A stretch of DNA of 62,510 bases, counting the filler, from Hausera hauseri (taxonomy: Eukaryota), in assembly GCA_046269625.1 (NCBI GenBank). It is 11 parts of 11 records of this genome, joined end to end, with 100 filler letters (N's around TTAATTAATTAA, not from the genome) between each part and the next. Parts side by side here need not be neighbours in the genome. Positions count along the whole stretch, not along the records: positions 10,391 to 18,331 come from JBJURY010862075.1; positions 18,432 to 26,328 come from JBJURY010887622.1; 9 more parts are not named here. The stretch is one strand, 5' to 3'. The translations under genes and the position numbers were made by a program. The notes below the pieces were generated by a model. It saw only the letters and a list, made by a program, of their open reading frames with translations, was not told where the DNA came from and made no database searches. How positions within the stretch are numbered: the stretch's first letter is position 1; every line of letters begins with the position of its first letter. Of this stretch, positions 10,589 to 20,222 are shown in pieces.

Positions 10589-13500
10589 TTGCATAAGCTG
10601 ACTTTAGAAAGTCCAGAACTTTCTGAAGTACCACCCACCTTGTGGGCGCAAACAAAATATGATGTGGGATTGATAAAGGATCAAATACCAATTCAAATCA
10701 CTCCTAAAACATCTTACAGGCCAAAAATACCACAATACCCTTTAAAACCTGAAGCCATTACAGGCATTACACCTGTATTCCATTCACTTTTGGAAGCAGG
10801 GGTAATTGTTCCTTGCCCAACCTCACCTGTTAGGACACCGATCTTTCCTGTGAAAAAGATCCGCTCCACCCCTCCCGATGACTGGCGTTTTGTGCAGGAT
10901 CTCAGAGCGGTGAACGCTGCGGTTCAAGCACGTGCACCCATCGTTCCTAATCCATATGTGATCTTATCACAAATACCGCCTGGCTCCACCCATTTCTCAG
11001 TCATCGATTTAGCTAACGCCTTTTTTAGTGTTCAGGTTCATCCTGATAGCCAATTCTGGTTTGCATTTGAGTTTTTGGGTAAATCTTACACTTTCACAAG
11101 ACTCTGCCAGGGGTACTGTGAATCACCAACCATTTTCCACCAGGCCTTAAAAGACAGCCTGGCAGGTTTCAGTCTTCCACCTGGGTGTGCATTGCTTCAA
11201 TATGTTGATGATCTACTTCTTGCAGCTCCTGATGAGCAATCATGTAAAACACACACAGTCCGCCTTTTGCAATATCTTGCGGCTGAAGGTCATAAGGTCT
11301 CATTGTCCAAACTTCAGTTTGTGTTGCCATTAGTTACATTTCTGGGCCACAAAATCTCAGCAGCAGGAAGAGAGCTTGCAGCTACACGAGTTGCAGCCAT
11401 TGTGTCTCTACCACTTCCTGAAACTAAAAAACAATTGATGTCTTTTCTGGGGTTATGTAGTTATTGTCGACATTTTATACCAAACTACGCAGAGCATGAA
11501 GCACCCCTGCGCGCCGTTTGTCATGCTAAAGGCCTTCTAATGAGCTCTAAATTGACTTGGACTCCATCTGCATTGACTGCATTTGAGACCCTGAAATCTC
11601 AATTGCAAAAAGCACCCACCCTAGGTATTCCTAATCCAACACGCCCATTTGTGCAGGCTGTGGATGAAAGGGGTGGATGTATGACGTCTGTTTTGATGCA
11701 AAAGCATGGTGACCGGATGAAACCAGTGGCATACTTCTCATCAAAACTTGACCCAGTTGCTGCTGGACTTCCTCTTTGCTTGCGCGCTGTGGCAGCAGCT
11801 GAAAAATCTGTTTTGGCAAGCAGAGACATCGTGGGGTACGCAGATTTGACCTTGCTCGTGCCACACGCTGTCACTCAAATTCTAAATGAACAAAAAACCG
11901 CTCATTTATCGACCGCTCGTTGGCTGAGATATCATTCTACTCTTCTTGACATGCCCAACATCACCATTCAACGTTGCAACGTCTTAAATCCAGCCACTCT
12001 TTTACCTTCTCCTACTGAAGGAACTCCACATGACTGTTTAGCTGAACTTGAAGTGCTCTGCACTCCAAGACCTGACTTACAACAAGAACCTCTTGAGCAT
12101 CCCGACTGGGAACTTTTTGTAGATGGCTCATCTTCACGTGACCCTCACACTGGTTCTATTAACAGTGGTTATGCTGTCGTCACTTCCTCTTACACTGTTG
12201 AGGCTAATTCTTTACCACCTTGTTCAGCCCAAGCTTGTGAACTGATAGCGCTTACCAGAGCTTGTCAACTTTCTGAAAATAAATCTGTCAACATCTTCAC
12301 AGATTCCAGATATGCTTTTGGCATTGTCCACGACTTTGGAGCATTGTGGAAGCAACGTCACTTCCTGCGCTCTAACGGACAACCAATCTTAAATCATAAA
12401 CTTGTTTCTAATCTTCTTGAAGCCATCACTCTTCCCTCACACATTGCTGTAGTGAAATGTGCAGCACACACAAGAAACACTGACTATGTTTCTAAGGGAA
12501 ACGCAGCCGCTGACATTGCAGCTAAATCTGCTGCTACGTCACTTCCTGCTGCTACTTCACTTCCTGTCAATGTAAACTCTCTGTCACTCATGGTTCATTT
12601 ACCACCCAAGAACACAGAAACACCTGACTCATTCACTCTTGCAGACATGCAGAAACTTTCTACTCCCGCAGAAAGAGCAGCGTGGAAACGCTTGGGGAGT
12701 ACATTCACTGATGGCATCTGGCTAGGCCCTAACAACAATCCTTGTCTACCTCACCATTTCTTTCATTCCTTTGCAGTGTTGATACATGGGCGTGACCATG
12801 TATCCAAAGGGGGGATGCTGAGGGACATTGACACTCATTGGTTTACTGTGAAATTTTTGAAAGTTGCTGAACAATACTGTAACTCATGTCTGATCTGTGC
12901 AACTCACAATGTGTCCAAACCAATAAAAACTACTGCAACAGGTGCACACAAAACAGTGACCGCGCCTTTTCAACATCTAATGATTGACTTCATTGAACTG
13001 ACTCCTGTTCAAAACAAAAAATACTGTCTGGTTGTCGTGGATATGTTTTCAAAATGGGTTGAAGTTTTCCCCTCAAAACATAACACAGCAAACACAGTAG
13101 CCAAAATTTTGTTAACAGAAATCATTCCACGATGGGGAATTCCCCAAAAAATCTCAAGTGATAATGGTTCTCATTTTGCTAATGAAATCATGACTGAAAT
13201 ATCAAAAACATTGAACTTTGACCTAACAAAACATTGTGCTTACCACCCACAGAGTGGGGGAGCTGTTGAACGTGAAAATGGTACCTTGAAGAACAAGTTG
13301 GCCAAACTTTGTGAGGACACACAACAGAACTGGGTTACATGTTTGCCCGTCGCTGTAATGTATATGAGAATGCGAAGGAGGGCTAAGTTTAACCTTAGCC
13401 CTTTTGAAATTCTTTTTGCAGCTCCACCCAATCTTGGCATTGGACCAACGAGAGATCCCACCAGCGATCTAAAACACTGTGATCATAACATGATGAATTA

Positions 13501-13810
13501 CTGTATTGAACTAACCAAACATTTAACATCCATAAGGTCTCAGGTCCAGGGAGGACTTCCTGCTCCTGCGCAGAAACCTTTACATTGTATTTCTCCTGGA
13601 GACTTTGTTATGCTTAAATGTTTCAGGAGAAAGCGCTGGAACTCCCCCAGGTGGACAGGACCGTTCCAAGTACTGCTGACCACCCACACGGCTGTGAAGG
13701 TGGCTGAAAGAGCAACTTGGGTCCACGCCAACCACTGCAAACTCTTCAGGGGGACCAAACCAACCACGGAGGAAGGACCGGGAGAGCCAAATCCACACCA
13801 AGCACCTTAG
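10589..13810 (+). CDS. pol: Retroviral Pol (RT, tether, RNase H, integrase), fish epsilon/ERV1-like; the TTG start is not a real start
   Basis: WRFVQDLRAVN, IDLANAFF, LLQYVDDLLL, FVDGSS..SAQACEL..NIFTDSRY, H..H..CLIC, IDFIEL..SDNGSHF..GAVERENG, WTGPFQV; 1073 aa with no stops. Confidence 0.97.
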   Translation: MHKLTLESPELSEVPPTLWAQTKYDVGLIKDQIPIQITPKTSYRPKIPQYPLKPEAITGITPVFHSLLEAGVIVPCPTSPVRTPIFPVKKIRSTPPDDWRFVQDLRAVNAAVQARAPIVPNPYVILSQIPPGSTHFSVIDLANAFFSVQVHPDSQFWFAFEFLGKSYTFTRLCQGYCESPTIFHQALKDSLAGFSLPPGCALLQYVDDLLLAAPDEQSCKTHTVRLLQYLAAEGHKVSLSKLQFVLPLVTFLGHKISAAGRELAATRVAAIVSLPLPETKKQLMSFLGLCSYCRHFIPNYAEHEAPLRAVCHAKGLLMSSKLTWTPSALTAFETLKSQLQKAPTLGIPNPTRPFVQAVDERGGCMTSVLMQKHGDRMKPVAYFSSKLDPVAAGLPLCLRAVAAAEKSVLASRDIVGYADLTLLVPHAVTQILNEQKTAHLSTARWLRYHSTLLDMPNITIQRCNVLNPATLLPSPTEGTPHDCLAELEVLCTPRPDLQQEPLEHPDWELFVDGSSSRDPHTGSINSGYAVVTSSYTVEANSLPPCSAQACELIALTRACQLSENKSVNIFTDSRYAFGIVHDFGALWKQRHFLRSNGQPILNHKLVSNLLEAITLPSHIAVVKCAAHTRNTDYVSKGNAAADIAAKSAATSLPAATSLPVNVNSLSLMVHLPPKNTETPDSFTLADMQKLSTPAERAAWKRLGSTFTDGIWLGPNNNPCLPHHFFHSFAVLIHGRDHVSKGGMLRDIDTHWFTVKFLKVAEQYCNSCLICATHNVSKPIKTTATGAHKTVTAPFQHLMIDFIELTPVQNKKYCLVVVDMFSKWVEVFPSKHNTANTVAKILLTEIIPRWGIPQKISSDNGSHFANEIMTEISKTLNFDLTKHCAYHPQSGGAVERENGTLKNKLAKLCEDTQQNWVTCLPVAVMYMRMRRRAKFNLSPFEILFAAPPNLGIGPTRDPTSDLKHCDHNMMNYCIELTKHLTSIRSQVQGGLPAPAQKPLHCISPGDFVMLKCFRRKRWNSPRWTGPFQVLLTTHTAVKVAERATWVHANHCKLFRGTKPTTEEGPGEPNPHQAP

Positions 13811-14010
13811 GTTTCACCTAGGCTGCCAACTATTTCAGCACGCTCAACATCATCGGATGGTTGAGACTGCAGTGAAGGAGCACCTACGGGACCACACTCA
13901 CAGCTCAGGCTGCGGTCTACTGTGAGGCGGCGGGTACCAAGACCCACAACTAGGTTGAGGAAGCTGAGCCCAACCCCTCTGTCCTCTCTTTTATCCGAGA
14001 TTAGTATTCT

Positions 14011-14026
14011 TCCTTTACCTTTACAG
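14011..14026 (+). promoter_or_regulatory. Probable env splice acceptor
   Basis: Pyrimidine tract TCCTTTACCTTTACAG ending 25 nt before the env ATG. Confidence 0.55.
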
Positions 14027-14051
14027 CCAAAGAAACATTAAAAGATTCATC

Positions 14052-15824
14052 ATGAACTTGCTGGATAAACACCCATGGAAAACCATGCTGGTTTTAGGAC
14101 TACTCGCAGGTTTGACCTGTGGCATTATTTTTCTATGCAGACACTTTTGTTTATTTCCAGGAGAAGGACCCTGTTACGACCAAGAGACTCCTGCCCTACA
14201 TCGTGCCCGACGTGACCTAACTCAACGTGACCTAACCCACTTGCTAAAACCAGACCATGAACATCCCCATGACTATAGTACTAACTTGTGGTGGCAACTA
14301 ATGAATAAAACAGCCCATGAAGGTAACACGACTGACTGCTATGTATGTGCCCACATGCCCTACTCTACCCATAACTCAGGCCTCCGACCCTTGTCAATTG
14401 ACCCCAACCACCAAGCTTGTTTGTATGCTCTTAGCACCCATCCAGGTATGGTCGAATCCTGGCATGCTAGATCTTACACCAAACCAATCCCTTCTGGTAT
14501 GTTCAATAAAGACACTGATCTCTATCGAAGGTTAGCCATGAGTTCATTAATAGGTAATTTTTCTTCTCAATGTGATAACAATGATCTTGTGCCACTCCCA
14601 CAGACCACCATTAGCTTACCAGAGATCATGAATCTAGCCCATCTAAAACCAGGAAGTTTAGGAATTTTTGTATTCAATAATGGAACAAACCACATGGGAT
14701 ATCTCCCATGGAATCTGTGTGAAACAATTTACACCTTTTGTAATATTCCAAAATCCCAAGACAAAGACAGTCTCCAATATTTAGAGTGTTGTATTTGTAA
14801 ACATAGACATGAACGCCCAAGCCTTAAATTAAATCTTTGGAATGGAGTGGGTAAATACTCTTATGACCCCTGTAAGGAAGCTGATAATACATCTGATTGT
14901 TCAACCCTACTAATTAAACGTTCATTCAACCTCACAAAACTATCTAACGGCCGACATGACACAACTCAATGTAGTCTATATGTACCAGGAAATAAAGGCT
15001 CTCGAGTATTGACTGATTGGTATTTTCTGTGCGGCCATAAAGCATATATTGCACTCCCACCAAAGTGGGGAGGCCTTTGCGTTTTAGTCCAATTATCTAA
15101 CCCTATGTTTGTTTTAAGGAAACCTTCACAGAACCAAAGGCAACGACGGTCAACCATGCCTCATGTAACGAGATGGGGTGGACTGACCACGAGTACAGGA
15201 GTTCCGTGGGAATTCAGAATTTGGAATGGGGGTGAAAAATTCTTCCAATCACTATTCCCCTGGATAGGGGTAGGTGAAGTTCGTGATCATGTAGAAGTTA
15301 ACAGATACGCTCTCCTTCGGCTAATCAATGACACTTACATACTGGGAAATGGTACCCAAAATGAATTAAGAGCCATAAGAAACATGGTTATTCAAAATAG
15401 AGTTATTCTTGATCTTTTGACAGCCTCTCAAGGGGGCGTGTGCAAAATTATAGGCCAAGCTTGCTGTACTTTTATTCCAGATGAGACTAGTGACGGAGGA
15501 GCAATTCATGACGCCCTACAAGACCTGACCCAATTAAAAGAATATGTAGAAAGCGGCACCAAAGGAGCACAGGCCTTTGACTTTTGGGCCTGGCTGACCT
15601 CGGGATCTTGGTGGCAAATTCTCTTAAAGATATGTGCACCTCTTATCACCATTTTGATTTTGTTTTGTTTATTTTTCTTATGTATTGTTCCATGTATCAG
15701 ACACATGATGACAAAAGCCTTTACTGGAGTAACTTTGACCTCTGGCCCTGACACTGACAATGACATGCTTAACCCAACTAAGAAAATGTTGCCTAGAACC
15801 TCCACCACTTTTGTGTTAAAATAA
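14052..15824 (+). CDS. env: Gamma-type retroviral Env (SU+TM), uninterrupted
   Basis: Hydrophobic leader, CYVC, furin site RQRR, immunosuppressive-domain-like IQNRVILDLLTASQGGVC, CX6CC (CKIIGQACC) and a TM helix. Confidence 0.96.
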   Translation: MNLLDKHPWKTMLVLGLLAGLTCGIIFLCRHFCLFPGEGPCYDQETPALHRARRDLTQRDLTHLLKPDHEHPHDYSTNLWWQLMNKTAHEGNTTDCYVCAHMPYSTHNSGLRPLSIDPNHQACLYALSTHPGMVESWHARSYTKPIPSGMFNKDTDLYRRLAMSSLIGNFSSQCDNNDLVPLPQTTISLPEIMNLAHLKPGSLGIFVFNNGTNHMGYLPWNLCETIYTFCNIPKSQDKDSLQYLECCICKHRHERPSLKLNLWNGVGKYSYDPCKEADNTSDCSTLLIKRSFNLTKLSNGRHDTTQCSLYVPGNKGSRVLTDWYFLCGHKAYIALPPKWGGLCVLVQLSNPMFVLRKPSQNQRQRRSTMPHVTRWGGLTTSTGVPWEFRIWNGGEKFFQSLFPWIGVGEVRDHVEVNRYALLRLINDTYILGNGTQNELRAIRNMVIQNRVILDLLTASQGGVCKIIGQACCTFIPDETSDGGAIHDALQDLTQLKEYVESGTKGAQAFDFWAWLTSGSWWQILLKICAPLITILILFCLFFLCIVPCIRHMMTKAFTGVTLTSGPDTDNDMLNPTKKMLPRTSTTFVLK

Positions 15825-15825
15825 A

Positions 15826-16062
15826 ATGAAATTGTGCCTTAAAGTTAGAGACGAAGAAAGTACCCTTACTATTGACTCAGACTACACCGCTGACATTTTT
15901 GTGCTTGATTATGTTAGAGGTGAATCCTCTATCCTATCAGAATTTTCACCCATTTCATCCAGACTTGATCTTCTGAATTTGACAGCATTTTTTGTTCAAC
16001 TTTGTGTTTTTAGACTTCCACCTGAGTACCACGAACTCACAGGACAACATTTCCAAAATTAA
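15826..16062 (+). CDS. Small ORF immediately after env (possible accessory peptide or frameshifted Env tail)
   Basis: ATG one base after the env stop; 78 aa; no recognisable motif. Confidence 0.25.
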   Translation: MKLCLKVRDEESTLTIDSDYTADIFVLDYVRGESSILSEFSPISSRLDLLNLTAFFVQLCVFRLPPEYHELTGQHFQN

Positions 16063-16542
16063 CAATGTTTTCCTTATTTTTATGTTTTAACAATGTTTTC
16101 CTTATTATTTTTATGTTTTCATATTAATGTTTGATTTTCATAATATTCCTTATTTTTTCTGTTTATGTGTTATCATATTATAACCTCTATAATGAAAGGG
16201 TATTAGAAGTAGATTCGATCCTGATCACCTTAAATACACAGGACGACATTTTCAGAATTAAAGCATTTTTGAATAGTTCATTATTTCTTTTATTTTTATG
16301 TTTTATATCCAGTTTATTATTCCTTTATTTTTATGTTTTCTAAACTTATGCTTGCTACAAATCCAGGTTCTTTAAACCAAAAAAACAGCAACTAGCCATT
16401 TCTATTTGAAGTTTATGATAGGCTACTGTTAAATCATGACACATGATGCAGTAGTTTTGATGTATTTTCCTTCAAAGTCTATACTGTCATATGTACCTAT
16501 ATTATATGTTTTGTTTTTTGTTTTTGTCGTTCCTTTTGGAAC

Positions 16543-16554
16543 GAAAGGGGGGAA
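16543..16554 (+). promoter_or_regulatory. Polypurine tract of the retrovirus
   Basis: GAAAGGGGGGAA one base before the TG that opens the LTR. Confidence 0.9.
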
Positions 16555-16555
16555 T

Positions 16556-17284
16556 TGTTAAAGAATTTACTTATATGTATTGTTTAAATATACATTTGCT
16601 TATTTGATGCCCTGTTCAGACAGCAGAAAGGTTTTGTGTTCACCTTTGCTTCAACTCAGAGCAGTGGACATGTTCGTGTGTGTGTCTGTTTCACATCTGC
16701 TCATTAGACACGAACGCTTGTTTTCAACATCCGGATAAAGAAAGGTACCTTTGAACAGGTTGTTTGCATCATTTCTGACAAGTAAGATAAGAAGTCTTAG
16801 CTTGCGAGTTTTCTTTTTCTCATTAGACACAAACCTTTGATAAGTCTCAGGTTGCTGGCTAAAAGATGACAATTATTAAGTACAACTGTTGATAAAGTGT
16901 TTTGAGATTTTATACCATCAGAAGGAGGATGTTTCTTCAGGAATGCGATAATGAGAAGACTGTAACTTTTCAATATTGTTTTTAAGATTATGACCACTCA
17001 TTAGAGGACTGTTTTACCCTGCTCATTATTTTTGATAAATGTAAATGCTTATCTGTAATATGACGCACTAAGAAACTGCATAATAGTGTAATGTTGTACG
17101 TCTGACTCTCAGAGCGCATCAAGACTTCGTCCTGGTGTGTTCTCTCTTTGCAAAGATTAAATCAAGCTTTTTACCTTAAAAAGAGATGTCTTGCAGAATT
17201 ATTTCTTAGACTTAGCCTCTGAAAAGAATTTTTCAAGGAGGAAAGGTTTACTTTTTAATATTCTTTATTTTTTAATTTCCCACA
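16556..17284 (+). repeat. Retroviral LTR (~730 bp)
   Basis: TGT...ACA ends bounded by the PPT and the PBS; ATTAAA at 17156. Confidence 0.85.
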
Positions 17285-17288
17285 ATTT

Positions 17289-17306
17289 TGGTGTCAGAAG
17301 TGGGAT
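17289..17306 (+). promoter_or_regulatory. Primer-binding site, tRNA-Leu
   Basis: TGGTGTCAGAAGTGGGAT is complementary to the 3' end of vertebrate tRNA-Leu(CAA). Confidence 0.92.
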
Positions 17307-17620
17307 TCACTGGGAGTTTTATCTCCACCGCGGAGGACCAGAGACGGACGGGGCTGATCACCGAGACAATTCATTCTCCCTCCACAACCTCCGGTAGACT
17401 TCAGGAGTGAGGAGGACGTCCTCCTTTGATCCTCCGGGGAACGGGGAGCGGCTCCAGCTGGATTCTCGAACCAAAAGCTGCGAGACACCTAGTTAAGGTA
17501 AAAACAATCGTTCTCATATAAATTGTAAGTTCTAAACTTATAAGTTGGAACCGAGGACAGTAAGCTCTGAAATTAGAAGTAAGAGCCGAGAGTAGGTTTT
17601 TCACTAAGAAAAACTGAGTT

Positions 17621-17749
17621 TGTAAGTCTGAAATATTTTAGTTTTTTAGACCGAGGGTAAGTTTTCTTTAGGAAAGCCGAGGATATTGTAAGTCTGAAAT
17701 ATTTTAGTTTTTTTAGACTGAGTGTAAGTTTTCTTTAGGAAAGCCGAGG
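17621..17749 (+). repeat. Two ~65 bp tandem repeats in the retroviral leader
   Basis: TGTAAGTCTGAAATATTTTAGTTTTTTAGAC..GTAAGTTTTCTTTAGGAAAGCCGAGG occurs twice. Confidence 0.85.
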
Positions 17750-17831
17750 TTGTAGGTTGTTTTAGTAAGACAACTGAGGAAATAAGCTTATTTTTAATTG
17801 AGAAAAAGAGAACGAAAGATTAACAATAAAA

Positions 17832-18331
17832 ATGGGAGCGAATAACAGTAAATACCATGATTATATTCCTAATGGGCCTTTAATAGAAAAAATGAAACGT
17901 CTGCATGGAGATTTTTGTGTCAGATTTGTTCCACAATGGCATTATGAGTTTAATTTCCCCAAGCAAGGTTCTTTAGAACCAGAATACATTAGGAAACTTG
18001 AAGAGCAATTATTACAGCAAAAACAGAAGATGGTTTCAATGACAAAAATTCCACAGAAGGTATTTTTAGCAATGCACGAACATGAGGAAGCATTTAAAGT
18101 GTGGAAAAATGAATCTAAAAATGCGATTGGAAAAACAGAATCTAAAATGTTACAAATGACTCAAAAAATTGAACATTTACAGAAACAATGTGCAGAGAAG
18201 GACACACAGAAAGAAAATAGGAAGTCAAAACGGTTGTCTAAACATGGTTTGTCTAAGCTGAAAAACTCTTTTTTCTCTCTCCCTCACACACATGACACTG
18301 AGACGAATGGGTCCACTCCTCCGCCCCCCTC
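17832..18331 (+). CDS. gag: Retroviral Gag N-terminus (matrix), truncated by the contig end
   Basis: MGANNS myristoylation consensus, W..EFNFPKQGSL matrix motif and a proline-rich end; lies downstream of the PBS. Confidence 0.85.
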
Positions 18332-18629
18332 NNNNNNNNNNNNNNNNNNNNNNNNNNNNNNNNNNNNNNNNNNNNTTAATTAATTAANNNNNNNNNNNNN
18401 NNNNNNNNNNNNNNNNNNNNNNNNNNNNNNNAACTATTAGAACGTTACATAAAGAACGTTAACCAAATTCTGCAATATTATTGTCCTCAAAAAGACATGT
18501 ATATAAAAATAAATAATAAGTAAAATTATATATTTTTAATTTGTTTTAATATTGGATCTAAAATAAATACATTATAAAAATTGATTAGACTTCAATTGAA
18601 TTAATATTGATAAGTTTACAGGCTGTCCA

Positions 18630-19480
18630 TCTTAATTAACCGAAGGTTTCCTCATTGCAGATTTCTGAGGTTAATTTTGCCAAGACACCTTTTTCTGCTG
18701 TTGTTCCGGTTGATTTTGATATTTTTGAAAGGGGTTCTGCTGAAAGTTTTTCTTCTGTTGACAATTTTTCGACTTCTCATCATTTTTAGGATGTTTCTTG
18801 GTATTTTCAAGTCTCTCATAATTGACTTCAATTTTCCTAGCCTTATTGACGGCTTCTTTATATGTATCCGGATTTGCAACAATAATGTAATTCTGAATTT
18901 CCTTATTAACTCCATAACAGAATTAATCTAGTAGGGCATCTTCCCTTATATCAACATCTGCATAAGTACTCTGAGCCAATTTCTGAAGGACACATGCAAA
19001 CTCTTGCACCGTTTCACCTTTCCTTTGACGTGGCCTGTTGAACTCTCCTATTCGACCTTTTCTTGATGGGTCTACGAAGAGTCTTTCTTCCAGGGCGTCC
19101 TTAAGGATAGTCCAATCAGCTTTATCTTCTTCGTCTTTTATTTGTGTATAGACATTAAGTGCCATACCTATGGGATGTAAAGGGAGCCGTTTCGTCCTGA
19201 ACTCATCTGTCCAGTTAAAACTTCCAGAGTACATTTCTTATTACATGATGAAGTCTGCATAATCCTGGTCAGGTTTGGCCTCATATTTCTCCACTGGTAA
19301 TACCATAGTTCCTGACAAGTTACTGCCTAAGCTTGCACCTAATCCGCAATTCGACGTTTCTGGGTTCTCGTTCAAATTTATCTCGGAATTTGCGTCAAAT
19401 TTGGAACTACTCCTTGCCGAATCTGTAACAGAAATTGTATTAGTAGCGTGTATTTTACGTTTATTGCGTAAAGAATACGA
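18630..19480 (-). pseudogene. gag: Gag of the glycoprotein-bearing Gypsy group (decayed, truncated)
   Basis: RLPLHPIGMALNVY, LFVDPSRKGRIGEF and QRKGETVQEF align with the Gag at 86-895. Confidence 0.85.
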
Positions 19481-19492
19481 CGCCAGTGTGCC

Positions 19493-19510
19493 TCCTCACT
19501 CGAGGCACCA
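19493..19510 (-). promoter_or_regulatory. Primer-binding site, elongator tRNA-Met-like
   Basis: TGGTGCCTCGAGTGAGG one base after the LTR-terminal TATCA; close to the eMet complement TGGTGCCCCGTGTGAGG. Confidence 0.7.
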
Positions 19511-19511
19511 G

Positions 19512-20222
19512 TGATAAGTTTATGAGTTAGAAAAAGAGTTTGGGTTCTTCTCAACCCTAAACTTATACTATAAAATAATACTCAAAATAGTCTAGGGTAG
19601 TTTGCTCCCAAGACTTTACTTTCTATTCAATCTTATAAGCAGCCTGTGGGGTCTGCTTAGAGAATTAATTTGATGCACGTGTGTAACGATCGCTAGGAGG
19701 TACACTAGCATCGTATCCCCTTTTTATAAGATTTTGGACAACCGTCTTATGGACGGAATACCGAAAAGAGGGCCCTAAGTTTAGCAAATCTTTATTTAAC
19801 CTTATAATATATATAAAAGAAAATAATTTACTGTAAAAAATCTGTATTAAATATTACATAAAACAAAAATTACACAATAAAAATAATACTCACAGCAATT
19901 ATAATACATAGAAGTTTCGGCAATAATACGAAAGTGACACAAGACAAAAATATAAGTCTGTCTGTAATGATCTGTACACATGCTTATATACTATTCCATG
20001 TGATAAATGTGATAAAAAAATTCGGTCAATAATTAAATGACAATAAAAATTCAGGTCAATAATTACATGGTAATATCCATGTGATAAAAAATTCAAATCA
20101 ATAATTACATAGCAATATCCATGTGATAAAAATTCAGGTCACCGATATAATTTATATTTTTAGTTATTATTATTGTGTTATCTGGTTTTGCGAACCTCGA
20201 ACATAACTGTTAAGTATCAACA
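19512..20222 (-). repeat. LTR (~710 bp) of the Gypsy element, with ~41 bp tandem repeats at 19995-20140
   Basis: Starts TGTTGATA after the PPT and ends TATCA before the PBS; repeat unit TATCCATGTGATAAAAAATTCAGGTCAATAATTACAT. Confidence 0.8.

Noticed and set aside
19995-20140. CRISPR-like array
   Set aside because: The repeats are contiguous without unique spacers and lie within a eukaryotic LTR.
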